Source of the DNA: Octopus sinensis
Lineage: Eukaryota
Direction of reading: 5' to 3'
Assembly (NCBI RefSeq): GCF_006345805.1
Contig: NC_042999.1
Span: 57,970,001 to 58,034,000 of the forward strand
Length of the DNA stretch: 64,000 bases
Shown: positions 13,136 to 25,504 of the stretch, in pieces
Numbering within the stretch: the stretch's first letter is position 1
Layout: every line of letters begins with the position of its first letter
Notes under the pieces: model-generated
Seen by the model: the letters and a program-made list of their open reading frames with translations, nothing else
Databases searched by the model: none
What the model was told of the DNA's origin: nothing
Program-made: the position numbers and the translations under genes

Positions 13136-14219
13136 TTTAGTAGCAGAGTTGTATATATTTACCTCAGAGCAATCTTTTCTGTGGATGGCTTTGTATGTTA
13201 TTTTAGCAACAACATCCTGTCATACATCAATGAACTTTTGAGTAGGTGCTGATTACATCATGTATGATATCTGTCACAGAAGAGTAACACAACTGACTCA
13301 TACAATTTGAGAGTTTAAGGGCTTAATTGTCTCATTTGTTTATTAGGTATTTTGTTAGTATGTCCTCATGGGTTGCAAAAGCATAATCTTTATGATGACA
13401 TGCTGTAATCGTCATGAGTCTAAGATAGGCTATACTTCATATTAATATTACCATTTTCAAGTTTACAGAAAACATACATTTATTTAATGGTTAAAATTTT
13501 TATGCCAAACAATATTAAACATATTTTTGTAAACATCAATTTGAGGTTGAAGAAGAGTGAAAAAAAAAACCACCTTTGGGACATGAACTCTATGCCTGTT
13601 GCTTGCATGCTTTTATTTTACTGATTAGACCACACTGAGCTTAGGCTTCTGTTACTGTGTTTAACAGCAAAATATTGAAGTTGGATTTGTTACAGACAAA
13701 AGTTAACTACTAGAATATGAATAATTAATTACTTACTAAAATTTTTAATATAAGCTATATAAATTTTATACTTTTGTAAATGTCAACTTGAGATCAAAGA
13801 AACTAACATCTGAAATTGGTGTATACACAGATATCATCATCATCATTTAATGTCTATCTTCCATGCTGGCATGGGTTGGACAGTTTGACAAGAGCTGGTA
13901 ACCAGAGGACTACATGAAGCTCCACAGTCTATTTTGGCATGGTTTTTATGGATGGATACATTTCCTACTGCCAACCACTTTACAGAGTGGACTGGGGGCT
14001 TTTTAAGTGGCACAAGTACTAGCAAAGTCTGCTTTGGCATAGTTTTTACAGCTGGATGCTCCTTCTAACACCAACCATTTTACAGTGGACTGACTACTTT
14101 TTATATGGCACCTTGCTTACTCGATGGAAAAGGATTGGGCCATCACTGACCAGTGGTTCATTGTCTGGTGTATACACAGATATACTTAATAATGTTGCTT
14201 TTATATACATATATATATC

Positions 14220-14560
14220 ATCATCATCATCGTTTAGCGTCCGTTTTCCATGCTAGCATGGGTTGGACGGTTCTACTGGGGTCTGTGAAGCCAGAAGGCT
14301 TCATCAGGCCCAGTCAAATCTGGCAGTGTTTCTACGGCTGGATGCCCTTCCTAACGCCAACCACTCCGTGAGTGTAGTGGGTGCTTTTTACGTGCCAGAC
14401 AGAGCTAGCAAGCGGCCACGAACGGATGGTGCTTTTTATGTGCCACCGGAGGCTGGCAACGGACACGAAACGGGGCGGTGCTGGCAACGGTCGCGAAACG
14501 GAAGGTTCTCTTACATGCCACCGGCACTGGTAACACATCTGCAATTTCCATTGATCGATT
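14220..14560 (-). mobile_element. RTE 3'-end fragment with about 3 tandem units
   Basis: Same tail plus GGTGCTTTTTACGTGCC units. Confidence 0.85.
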
Positions 14561-14563
14561 TCC

Positions 14564-14595
<32 letters not shown>

Positions 14596-15740
14596 CTGTG
14601 ATCCCCAATTTCATGCTGTATCTCCAAAACAAAGTCTGGTAGAGTAAAACTGATGGCATATTTGGTATAAGTGCCTCAAACATATTCCAGGGTGGGTGCT
14701 AGAAGTTCTTTGTTTTTGCTGCCTTGTATATCAAAGGCATTCCAGCCATAACCATCCTAACTTTTTTTCAAACTAGGACTACATTTTCCATTTCTTTTTT
14801 TTTTTTTAGAAGCAGGGTGTAATTTGAATGAGATTTGGCTGCTTTTTCTAGCAGTTGGAGTATTGAGCAAAGATTTAGATTAGATTAATGTCTTTGGTTT
14901 TGCAAAATAAAACTAAACCATATCTTTGACAAGCCACTTAAATAACAGTAAAGTACCATTTCTGCCCTAGTAAAGCAATTCATTTTTATATCAATTTTTG
15001 CTTCATTTATTTATTTATACTTGGAGTGCAAATATTAAACAGGCTTTTAATGATTTGTCAAAGCATAGGGCACCAAAAATCTTCTTGTTTATTAGACCAA
15101 GGAGTAATTCAGGTCAGCAATGTGGAAGAAACTTCATAAGTTTAGTCACAGTCATGCTCATAAGAATATATGTATGCATCTTCATCAAATCAGTGAGGGA
15201 ACTGCTATGTAGTGTTCGACCTGCTAGAAAAAGCAACCACATTCCATTCATTGAGTTAGACGTTACCAGTAAATGAAATGATGAAAGAAAGTAATTAGAA
15301 ATTTATATGTATTATTCGGGGTGGGTTGTGAGTGGGTATTTTTTTGCTGAGGACTGAGTTTTTTTGTGTTCTATTTTACCTGTCTTGACCTGAAAGGACA
15401 AAATTTTCAATGTGGGACTTTGCTTTGAGTAAAAACTAATTTTTTTAAAAGATTTTCTGGGGTTATTTATGATGTGATATAAAACCATAAACAAAAAATC
15501 TCAAAATCTTTTGGCATTTAAGGACATGTTAAAAGTGAAGAACTACATTTTAGAACCAAAACTTATTTAGCATTTTTCTAAATTTTACTAAGTGAAAATA
15601 TAGTTCCTAAAATAATAATTATTTTTATGTAGTATATTTAATTGTTTATTTCAGATTTGAAAGACTTTAACAAAACTGATGTAAGATTTTTCTATATTCT
15701 CTAATTTTTTATTTCAAAGCTAAGGACCAGATTGTAAGTA

Positions 15741-17101
15741 CTTATCATAAAAAGCCATGTAATTTGTGCACCTGTGTAATTTACGCAGGTGACTCTCAGG
15801 ATAAAATTTGCTAAAAAAAGTTTCTCATGTAAAATTCTCACCCACAAGTTTACAGAATTGCCGATATGGTTCAGCGGGGAAAAAGGTTTTCAATTTAGTT
15901 GTATTTAGCATAATTTCACTTAGTTATGATTAGATTTTATTAAATCTTCATTAAATAAAAATAATTTCTGTTTAACAGGTATCACACTGAAAGCTATTAA
16001 ATTATGAAGTCTTTGTGTTATTTATAATAAACTTTATTTTACATCTTGCCCACAAGAGATTATATCGAAACTCAAGCATACTTCTGTATGTCTTCTCAAA
16101 TCATGATCACGGGAAAAGTTGTTGATAATTCTTATCAACAAAATTAAAGCTGATAAATATGCACAAGTGTTGCAAAATAAGTTTAATTACCAATAAATGT
16201 CAGCTTGGATGACACTTTACTCAACCGACAGAGAAAGGTGACTGATCAAACTGATTATGTAAGCTGAATTCTGATTGGTCGAAAGTGTCTTCTTGTCTCA
16301 AGCTCTGATTTTCTGCCTATTCTTGTCAAAACCTTTGATATGGAGTATCAAAATTTTAATCCCTTTCACACTTATAAAATGTCAAGCAAACTTTAAAATA
16401 TTTGCCATTACCGTTTTAGCTGGGAGACCCAACTGATAGTTTGGTAACCCACTAAAATAAACATTAAAAATCGAAAGGAGAAAATAAACTGCTTTGCAAG
16501 TTTAACTCAGTGTTTATTGAACAAGAGAGGTGCGAAATTTAAGAAGCAACTTGTTAGGATATACACGTCTGTAAGGAGACATAAACAAGAATAGCAAAAA
16601 TCTACTATACCAAAAGAACTGGTAATACATACATTACAAGTGTTCTTTGAAGAGAACATAAGATTGTTGCATAATTCAACCTGAATGTGAAACATTAAAC
16701 ATCGTATAAGGTAAATGAAGGGTTCTGTAGGAATGCTAAGTCATATTCATTTGGTGAGTTTACATGCGCAAGGATGAATTATGTTGTTGTCGGCATTAGA
16801 TTCAATAAAATATGGTCCAGACCATGATTACCAACATGAACATCAAACTTCAAAAAGTAGTTAACCGTTTTAGTAAATTTATACAGAAAAAGTAAGCATT
16901 ATACTGACCAGCATAAATAAAAATCAACTTCATTATATTTTTTCTGTAAAAACCTATTCTGAATGTTTACATTTGTACGTCATTTTGCAACATTTCTAAA
17001 GACATTCTGGAAATGATCTACTCGTGTAATTTACGCATCCCCTAAAGTCTATTTTGGTTTTTGTGAAAAAGAGTGTGTAAATTATATGGGTTTTTACAGT
17101 G
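15741..17101 (+). mobile_element. Non-autonomous pogo/Tigger-type DNA transposon
   Basis: Inverted ends related to CACTGTAAAAACCCATGTAATTTACGCAC, TA at 17102; collinear with the 54.8-56.0 kb copy over most of its length. Confidence 0.75.
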
Positions 17102-18882
17102 TATTTGAGACTTCCTTTTAATGAGACTACAGATAGCTGCTAAAGACTCAAACTGAACTGTTATACATCTCTGGGAGCAGATGTATGCTCTGATGGCAGA
17201 TGTTGTGTGTAAAAAATCTCAAGATGAAGACATTTGCAAAACTGTGTGTTTTGTAAGTCTAATGCATATAAATGGTTTGATGTAGACAACCTCACAACCA
17301 TGTCTGCCCTAAATAGTAAAATTGGACTTTGTAGGCTGTGAAGAAAGAGTCAGTGTTGAAGCCATTTCTTTGGCAAAATAAATCTGTTGTTAACAATACT
17401 CCTGTAGCTTTCATAAAACTAGTATTGCATGAGTGGAAAGAGATCACCTGTAGCACAACAGTTGTTTGATTTTATACTTGAGCAGTCATTTATATTTTAC
17501 AAAGAGAAATATTTTATTAGACATAAATGATTCCAGACAGGTGCAGTCTATGACTACATCCCTTTATCAAACAGCTTACTTGAGCAGATACTGCTTAGTA
17601 ATCTTGTTTGTGCCAAGCCATTGCTACTTCCATGTGCTCAGTTAAGAGAACAAACCAGGATTTGCTGGCTATCTGACCTTGCTGATAAAAAATGTAAAAA
17701 CAATCCTTATTGACTATCATGTAGGCTGGGCACCTGTAAAGATGAACAGCATACCACAAAGTGATATTAGTCATCGTCTTTTTGGGAGAGGTATGTTTCC
17801 AGATTGTGAAAAGAGTAAAATTGCAGTACAAGCATCATAAGTATTAGGTCTGGACACTGATGTTGCACAAGTAACTCCTCTCCATAACACTAATTGCAGA
17901 TCAGTAGAAAAACCTGCTGACAATCTAAATATGGAGAAGTACTTGACCAAGTTCAGCTATCTTGCTTTCCAGTTGGCCCAACAGCCAATATGCTGTTCAA
18001 AGCACAGAAAATCAAAGATCACATTATGCTTTACAAATAACCATGTCAATGAGTATGTGGTCAACCATTGCTGTCTTCAAATACCTAGATGCTATGGAGC
18101 AACAAAAAGAAACAGAACAAATATTAGTTGAGGGAAAGCCTGGACAAGAAAGTGAAGGTCACTGATTTTGTTGACCAACTTGTGAAATGCAAAAAACTTG
18201 GAGCATATCTGTCAGATAGACAAAAAAAATAATGCTTATCTGTAAGAAAGTACTTGACCTAAAAAATCACTTGAGTCAGTGGATGCTATACCAGCAGATT
18301 ACTTATGAATATGATTCAGATATTTGCAGTGACCATTATGAGGTCAATAAATTGTTAGAAAATGAAGTGTTTGAAAATCTTTCATTCTCAGAGATGATTA
18401 TCAACCAGAAGAGGTATTGGTGTTAATGTGTGAGGATGAGATAATGAAAACATTGACAGTAGTTCAAATGTCACGGGAGATCTCTCAGAAAGACCCTGTG
18501 TTTTGGTCCAGTCAATCACCCAGTTTCATCTGGGATGAGGGAGGCAACAAGATTGTATATTGGGTTTTGTTTGTGGTAAAGGCAATAGAATCACCTGTGA
18601 GCTAGCATTGGAGATAAAATTTGGCTACAGCTATCTAGCAGGCAAGATATATAGGACATTATTAAACAGCAGATTGTATTGATGGCAGTTTCAGGAACCT
18701 GGGACTTACATTAGAGGAAGTCGTTTTGTTTCAATAAAATCAACGATGTTTAGTGAAATAGGCTAATTAAAGTAAGTTTTGGCTCTAAAATATATTTCTT
18801 GACAGGTAATTGTATTAGTCAATTATGTTTATGACTTTATCATAAATAATCATAGAAAACTTGCATGAAATTTTTTATTTAA

Positions 18883-19905
18883 CCCTTTCGTTCCCAAACC
18901 GCCCAAAGCCGCCCGAATTTACCTATTCATATTTAAATGAGAATATCAGAGCAAATCTCTTTAGTACATTCGTGAAAACACTTGATTATGCTTTGTAAAC
19001 AGTTCATCTACAGTTTTGTACAAAGATCGACGTGTAATTTTAATTCCCTGAATTTTGGGAGATTTTTTTCGGCATCGATTTTTCTTCAACTTTGAAAATA
19101 GATAGTTTCATGTTATCAAGCATTGATTCCGAATTGGAAAATTTGTGAAACAAATACTGGGTAGTTGTGGATTTAGTTTTTATACAGGGAAACTAATGTT
19201 AGTCAGCATGGCTTAGGGTATGATGTGGTCTGGAAGTTATTGTTTGAAGCGATCAATGAGGAAACAAACTTACGCAGAATGTAAACAAACACAAAATGGG
19301 GGTTCAAATTTCGGAAAATTTGTGAAGCAAATACTGGGTACTGCGTGGATTTAGTTTTTATACAGGGAAAATAATGTTAGTCAGCATGGCCTAGGGAACG
19401 ATGTGGTCTGGAATTTATCACTTCCATACCATAACCAGGGCCGTATATTATTTTTTGACCGATTTCTTTAGTTCAGTCAAACTTACGGTGGATTCTAGTA
19501 TTTCACTTTATTCCACTTTTATGGTACACCTGTTGTGCATTAAATTCAACTGATGATATAGTGATGTGCACAATTCTTCTTTATCAAAATTTTGTTGCAT
19601 ACCCATTTGAATATTAGCTGATGATTCATTTTCTATGGTGATGTTTAAACAAAATTTTAATATTTTTACCTTTTGCTCAATTTACCTGGATTTACCTGTA
19701 ATTAAAGTCACTTTGAGACAAAAGTTATGCAATAGGATTGATTAAGAACCCTTTCTTTAATTATGTTCCAAATATCACATTAATATGTTGATAAGTAAAA
19801 AAGTTACAGTTATTTAATGAAACAAGCCTAGATTCATGATTATTTTAGAATTTAATTGAAACTCGTGAGGGGTGCATTTTGGTCAGAAATATAGTAACGG
19901 AAGGG
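18883..19905 (+). mobile_element. Non-autonomous piggyBac derivative of the same family, opposite orientation, non-coding interior
   Basis: TTAA flanks, CCC..GGG ends; both ends align with the 45-46 kb copy; ~110-bp internal direct repeat (19130-19240 / 19310-19420). Confidence 0.88.
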
Positions 19906-20356
19906 TTAAAGCGGAACTTGAGTTATGGAAAAAAAAAAAACTCTTAAAATCAACTCTTGCTACAAAAATTAAGGTATGGTGTTGCAAAAAGGTGCGACAC
20001 GCTTTCTCCTGGACCTCAGGCTTAGCATTTTTTGTTTTACTTCATGTTAGGATTGGCAAAAATAGAACACAAAATCTCAATCCTTATATAAAAAAAAAAA
20101 AAAATTTGTTTACCTCTATATAGCACTCCTATTATTAGTATTTCAGCACCATCATCCACTTCCTTTGGTGCTATGGTCATCATTTTCCTACAGGTTTTTT
20201 TTTTTATCTATTTAAATATCTTATTCTGGTGTTTGTCTATGTTTTCCAGTTATTTTAGCATGTTTTTGTGAATGTCGTTGCTATTATGTTAAACTGTCAT
20301 ATGTCCAAATTTGGCCAAATATGTTTTTTTTAAATATTTATTGTTGCTTGCAATAG

Positions 20357-20800
20357 CCCTTTCGTTACCATATTTATTTTGAGATGCTTTGTAGTTCTTT
20401 CAATTACTTTAACCCTTTAGTGTTTAAACCGGCCATACCTGGCCAAAATATTCTACCTATTTTATGTTCAAACTAGTCAGATATGGTCATTCATAGCTAT
20501 CTTATTGTGTCATTTTAAAAATAAACAATCACATCATTGAAATCTCAAAGCCATGAAATGATGCAAGATTAATTTTACATGGTGTGAATTCATAAGCTTT
20601 ACATTTGACAGAATAATCTGAATGCTAAAGGGTTAAATATAGCAATGAATTTAGTAAAATAACTTAGTTATCATTAAGCTAGTGTTAGGAACATAAATTT
20701 TGACTAAGGTTTGGTGGCAGATTTTATTCAGAACTTTTGAAAACAAGATATTTGTACTACAGAGTCAGAGGCAGTTTCAACCAGGTTGTTATCGAAAGGA
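20357..20800 (+). mobile_element. piggyBac MITE family A (20413-20632) inserted into an internal TTAA of MITE family B
   Basis: TTAA duplicated at 20409 and 20633; removing A restores the uninterrupted B sequence seen at 43970-44191. Confidence 0.88.
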
Positions 20801-22202
20801 TTAAATGCCAAAATATCAAAAATGGTCAGACTGTAGTACAACGGTTTTGCTAAGGAATGATGAAACTATTTTCTTGTTTTCTGGAAAAAGCAACATTTTG
20901 GACTTAAGACACTTTTGCATAATAGCAACGATGTGTAATTGTGGTGGCTGTGTGGTAAGAAGTTTCTTTCTCAACCACATGGTTCTGGGTTCAGTCTCAT
21001 TGTGTGGAATCTTGGGCAAATGTCTTCTGCTATAACCAAAGAGTGGATTTGGTAGATGAAAACTGAAAGAAACCCATTTTATATATATGTGTGTGTGTGT
21101 GTGTGTATGTGTCTGTCTGTCTGTGTTTGTCCCTCAATCGCTGCTTGAGAATCGGTGCTGGTGTGTTTATGTCCCTGTAACTTGGTGGTTCAGCAAAAAA
21201 GACTGAAAGAATAAGTATCAGGCTTAAAAAAAAAAACAAAAAAAACACACTGGGCTCATTTTGTTCCACTAAAATTTTGCAAGGTAGTGCTCCAGCGTGG
21301 CCAGTCCAATGGAAAGATTAAAGATCAGTTTTTAGTTTATCAAGTATGTTTTTGTATTATTTTATGTCCACTACTACTACTAAATACATGGTGTGTATAT
21401 GTGAGTTCATAAAAAGGTGTTCGTATGTTTAAATATGTATTTTATCTTTTACCTGTTCCAGTCATTAGATTGTGGCCATGCTGGTGCACTACCTTCAAGT
21501 ATTTTTAGTTGAATGAATTGATCTCAGTATCTTTTTAAAGCTGGTACCTATTCTATCAGTCTCTTTGCTAAACTGCTAAGTTACAGGGATGTCAACATAC
21601 TAACAATGGTTGTCAAGCACTGGTTGGGGACAGACAGACAAACACACAAGCATGATGGGCTTCTTTTCAGTTTCTATCTATCAAATGTACTCAAGACTTT
21701 GGTTGACTTGAGGCTATAGTAGTAGACACATACCCAATGTGCCACACAGTGGGATTGAACCGAGAACCTTGTGATTGGGAAGCAAGCTTCTTAGCACACA
21801 GCCACGTCTGCACCTTTTATGTTTTTTTTTATTATTATTATATATAATGAAATAGTGTATTTGTTCGTAGTACCAAAGACAGAAGTAGTATAAAATACAT
21901 GAAATTTGGAGTTGGGAGTTAGTATAATAATATGGGAACAAAGCAGTTCCAAATATACCAACAATGGAAGATGCATGATATGTTTAATTGGAAGACACCT
22001 AGTTACAAGAAAACTGCTGTTGATTCAAATTTTAGACTTACACTCTTTCAGAGATTTTAAAATAGTAAATGATAGAATAAAACATGTTTGAAAAGATTGA
22101 TTGTGTAACTGATATAACCTAAGGTGGAATAGAAAAAGCATTTTCAATCTTAAAATATATTTATTTAGATTATTTCCTTTTTAAATATTTTTCTTTCAAA
22201 TG

Positions 22203-22500
22203 AAAACTGTTAGATTCACTTCAACATTTAAATTTAATTTGTCAAAATATTTTCATCGTTTTGAGACTGCGACCTGTTCACTGACAAAACTTTGTGACGT
22301 AGCACGAAGTTTTGTCAGTGAACAGGTCGCGGTCTCAAAGCGATGAAAATATTTTGACAAATCAAATTTAAATGTTGAAGTGAATCTAACAGTTTTTGTG
22401 TGTTTCTTAGATGGCTTAGAAACACCTTCCAAGCTGCAATTGTTTTCATTCCAGCACACGATCTCAGATCAAGTCACTCGCTATGCAAGTACATCTCCGT
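22203..22500. mobile_element. Fold-back repeat, probably a Penelope-like element terminal-repeat derivative
   Basis: 94-bp inverted arms (22203-22296 / 22303-22396) with 4 mismatches, containing the hammerhead motif; the right arm continues about 100 bp to 22500. Confidence 0.55.
22311..22361 (+). ncRNA. Candidate minimal type-I hammerhead ribozyme with G3:C8 core (mirror copy on - strand at 22238-22288)
   Basis: Stem I TTTGTCA/TGACAAA; core GTGAACA plus one extra G; stem II GTCGC/GCGAT; GAAA; palindromic helix III AATATT; H17=U at 22354. Confidence 0.6.
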
Positions 22501-24383
22501 AATTCTTTCAAATGATATATGAAGAATTAGTTAAATGATAATTAGAATTATAGAGCATAATTTAGCAATAACTGTTGACACCTGCTCAACTATTGTAATT
22601 TCAAACTATTGTCACACAAACCTGTAGTGTATTGGAATTGTAGGTTGTCGTTTAGTTGATGTTTCTGTATCATGACATTGCTCAATTAGAGTTGATATAA
22701 GCTATTCAACAAAAACAGTAGTTGATAGAAACTTGCAGGACATTATACTGTTAATCAGAAAACATTTATAAGGAAAAATTATTTGTAGACATTGATAGAA
22801 CTTGGGTTGTTTTCTTAACCCTAATTGAGCAAATCTATTGATCAAAGACATTCCAACCATTGCAATTTTATCCTTTATTGGGATATCTAGAACTACATTG
22901 TCTAATTTGTGCTTTTGTATTTTTAAGGTTGTAGGGTGTTTTTTTTTTAAAGATGGTGTTACAAAGGGTTAACATTGTGTCTACTATATTGATATTTTCA
23001 AGTATTCTCTTTATATGGGGTTGGGCACAGGTACTGGACAACTAACACAATGTTTATCTGGTACTATATTGTCATTATGGCCAAGAATTACTTAATTCTG
23101 AATGTTACAGTCTATTTAGTCTACTTAGCAGAGTCTCTTTTCATTGTTGGAGGTGTATGTGTGTGTGTGTGTGTGTGGGGGGGGTCAGTGAAGTGATACT
23201 TAATTCTTGTTTTTCTCTTTGCATATATTATATATATATGATTGTAGCTGTTACAGATTACTTTTAATGAGATGAAATCAGTACAGTAAATCAGTTTTGC
23301 AATGCTGCTCCTGTTTACATTTGTTAACTCTATCTCTCCAAGTGGGACTTTTGTATTCATTCTGGCTGTCCTTCTGTTTTTAAGACAGTAGGGATAGATT
23401 TAGTGACTATCTTTCAGTCAAGTGACCAGATAGAAGTTTCTTCATTGACTCTCGTATGTTAAAGGTTTTAGTGCTATGACTGCTCTCGTAATGTTATTAA
23501 CTTCAGTATTTAAAGTATGTTTACCTTTCATCATAACTAGTTTAAACTGTACTGGCCAGTTAATGTTTTAACCTATTTTAAATAGTTTCCTTTATTTAAT
23601 ATATAACTATAAAGTAGATTTTAATAAGCTTTATTATTGGTATTGGTTGAATAAAAATTCTAAGTCATATTAAAGCAATTTTCTTTTTATTAACAATATG
23701 AAAGTTTTACTCAATGCACTGTAAAATAGGAAATACTAAAAGTAACTTGTCTGGACAAAAGATAAATATGTTCTTTTGCAAAAAGCTGGCATATTTTTTG
23801 TTGTTGAAGTTCAATTTACATTTACCATTATGCTAGATTTCCATTGTACATAATTTTGTCAACTCATCTCTCTATCTTAGATAGTTAAATTATGTCTCCG
23901 TAAATGTAAAAGGTCATTTGCAAGCCATTTTCTTTTTTGCTAGGTGGGTAATATGTATTTTGTGTGTGATCAGATTCTTTCTGTTGAATTTTTTGTTTGA
24001 ATAAAATGAATGTATTGATGTAAAGAAAGATTTGATTCTTTATCAAAGTTATTATAAGCATCCAGATTACTCTTCCAAATGTAATGCTTATTTATTCACA
24101 TTGTTTTGAATTAATCATAGGGTTAAACAGGAACAATGCTTATCAATTTCATATAATTTATGAACATCTAAATTTGATAACCTTGCATTTTGGTGGTGAA
24201 CTTATTGCCTGATTTGACATCACCACCTGGCTTATTGGATTCCTTTAGTAATGCCCACTGTATTGCAAGCATTCAGACCAGTTCTTTGGTTTGAGAATAA
24301 CTTTCTCTCTCCTGCTTGCTAGTCTCCGGCTATATATAAATAAGATTGTAGGTACTGCCTTTCTCATTGATTAAGATTTTCAA

Positions 24384-25504
24384 CACTAGTAGGACCGAGT
24401 GTGTCAATTGATGCATTTTGAAGTCTTAATTGCACACAACTCAAAAACTATTGTAGATTTTGACATCATGGTGCTTGACTTTTCATAGTTTTATGATATC
24501 TATATACACTATAAATTATAGGTTGTTTGCACCTATAAGGACCACATGTGTCAATTGATGCACTTGTAACTTTTGAAACTTGCACCTGCTTTCGTTTATT
24601 AATACATGTGACACCGTTTTAGATATTCAGTAATTGCTTAGTCTTTGCAGCTCACAAAACAAAACTGCAGTTTAGCCAGAACAATTCGTCACAGCAGAAG
24701 GGAATTACCAGAAGCAGTAAAACAGGTGAAACCAGTCTGTGAAACTGTAGTTTTGAAATCCACAGAGAAGCCTACTGTCACACATCATACCAGTGCAAAA
24801 AATCATTAGTCTGTTGTTGGTACCTTACATCAACATGTAGAAGTTCCTTCTGAAAATAAACCCAAGAAGCCTGACACCATACTTTTTTTTTTTATAACAA
24901 AAATAAAATAGGTGTAGACATGCTTGACCAAATGGCAAGGCATTATTCAGTCAAAGCAATCAGTAGATAATGGCCAAAGCATGTTTTTTTAATATTTTGG
25001 ATGTTGCTCTTATAAACAGCTTATACGCAAGTGTTTGCAACTCAGTCATTAGTGAACAGGAATATATTCAAAAAGTTGCTTAAGAACTTTGTGGTGATTC
25101 ACCTCATGGTTGTTCATGTACTATCAAACACCTACTGAGGAAACATCTACCTCTAAAAATAAAGTCAGATGTACATGTGTGAAAACAAATTGCAGAAACA
25201 GAACCACAGAAATGTATGGAGTCTGTAAAAAACCTCTGTGTGGCAAATGTGTGCTAAAATTTTGCGATAAATGTTTAGAATTTCAATAAATTTCTTTCTA
25301 ATTTGTAAGGATAAATTTCTTTCAAAATATCAAACAATTGTGACTAATATCATGAAATCATAAAATCCAGTAGATTCATATATTTAATAATGGTTTTCTA
25401 CTTATCCTTTTCTCTTTTGTTTCCTTTCAAACTGAGAAACCTCTTTGCCTCAAATGACACATTCTGGTCCTTAATGGTAGGTGAAAAGTCCGGTCCTTCT
25501 AGTG
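24384..25504 (+). mobile_element. Internally deleted piggyBac of a second lineage (CAC termini) with transposase C-terminus
   Basis: TIR CACTAG(T/A)AGGACCG (13/14 match), flanks TCAA/TTAA; YNKNKIGVDMLDQMARHYSVKAISR*WP..NILDVALINS plus a Cys-rich C-terminal domain. Confidence 0.88.
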
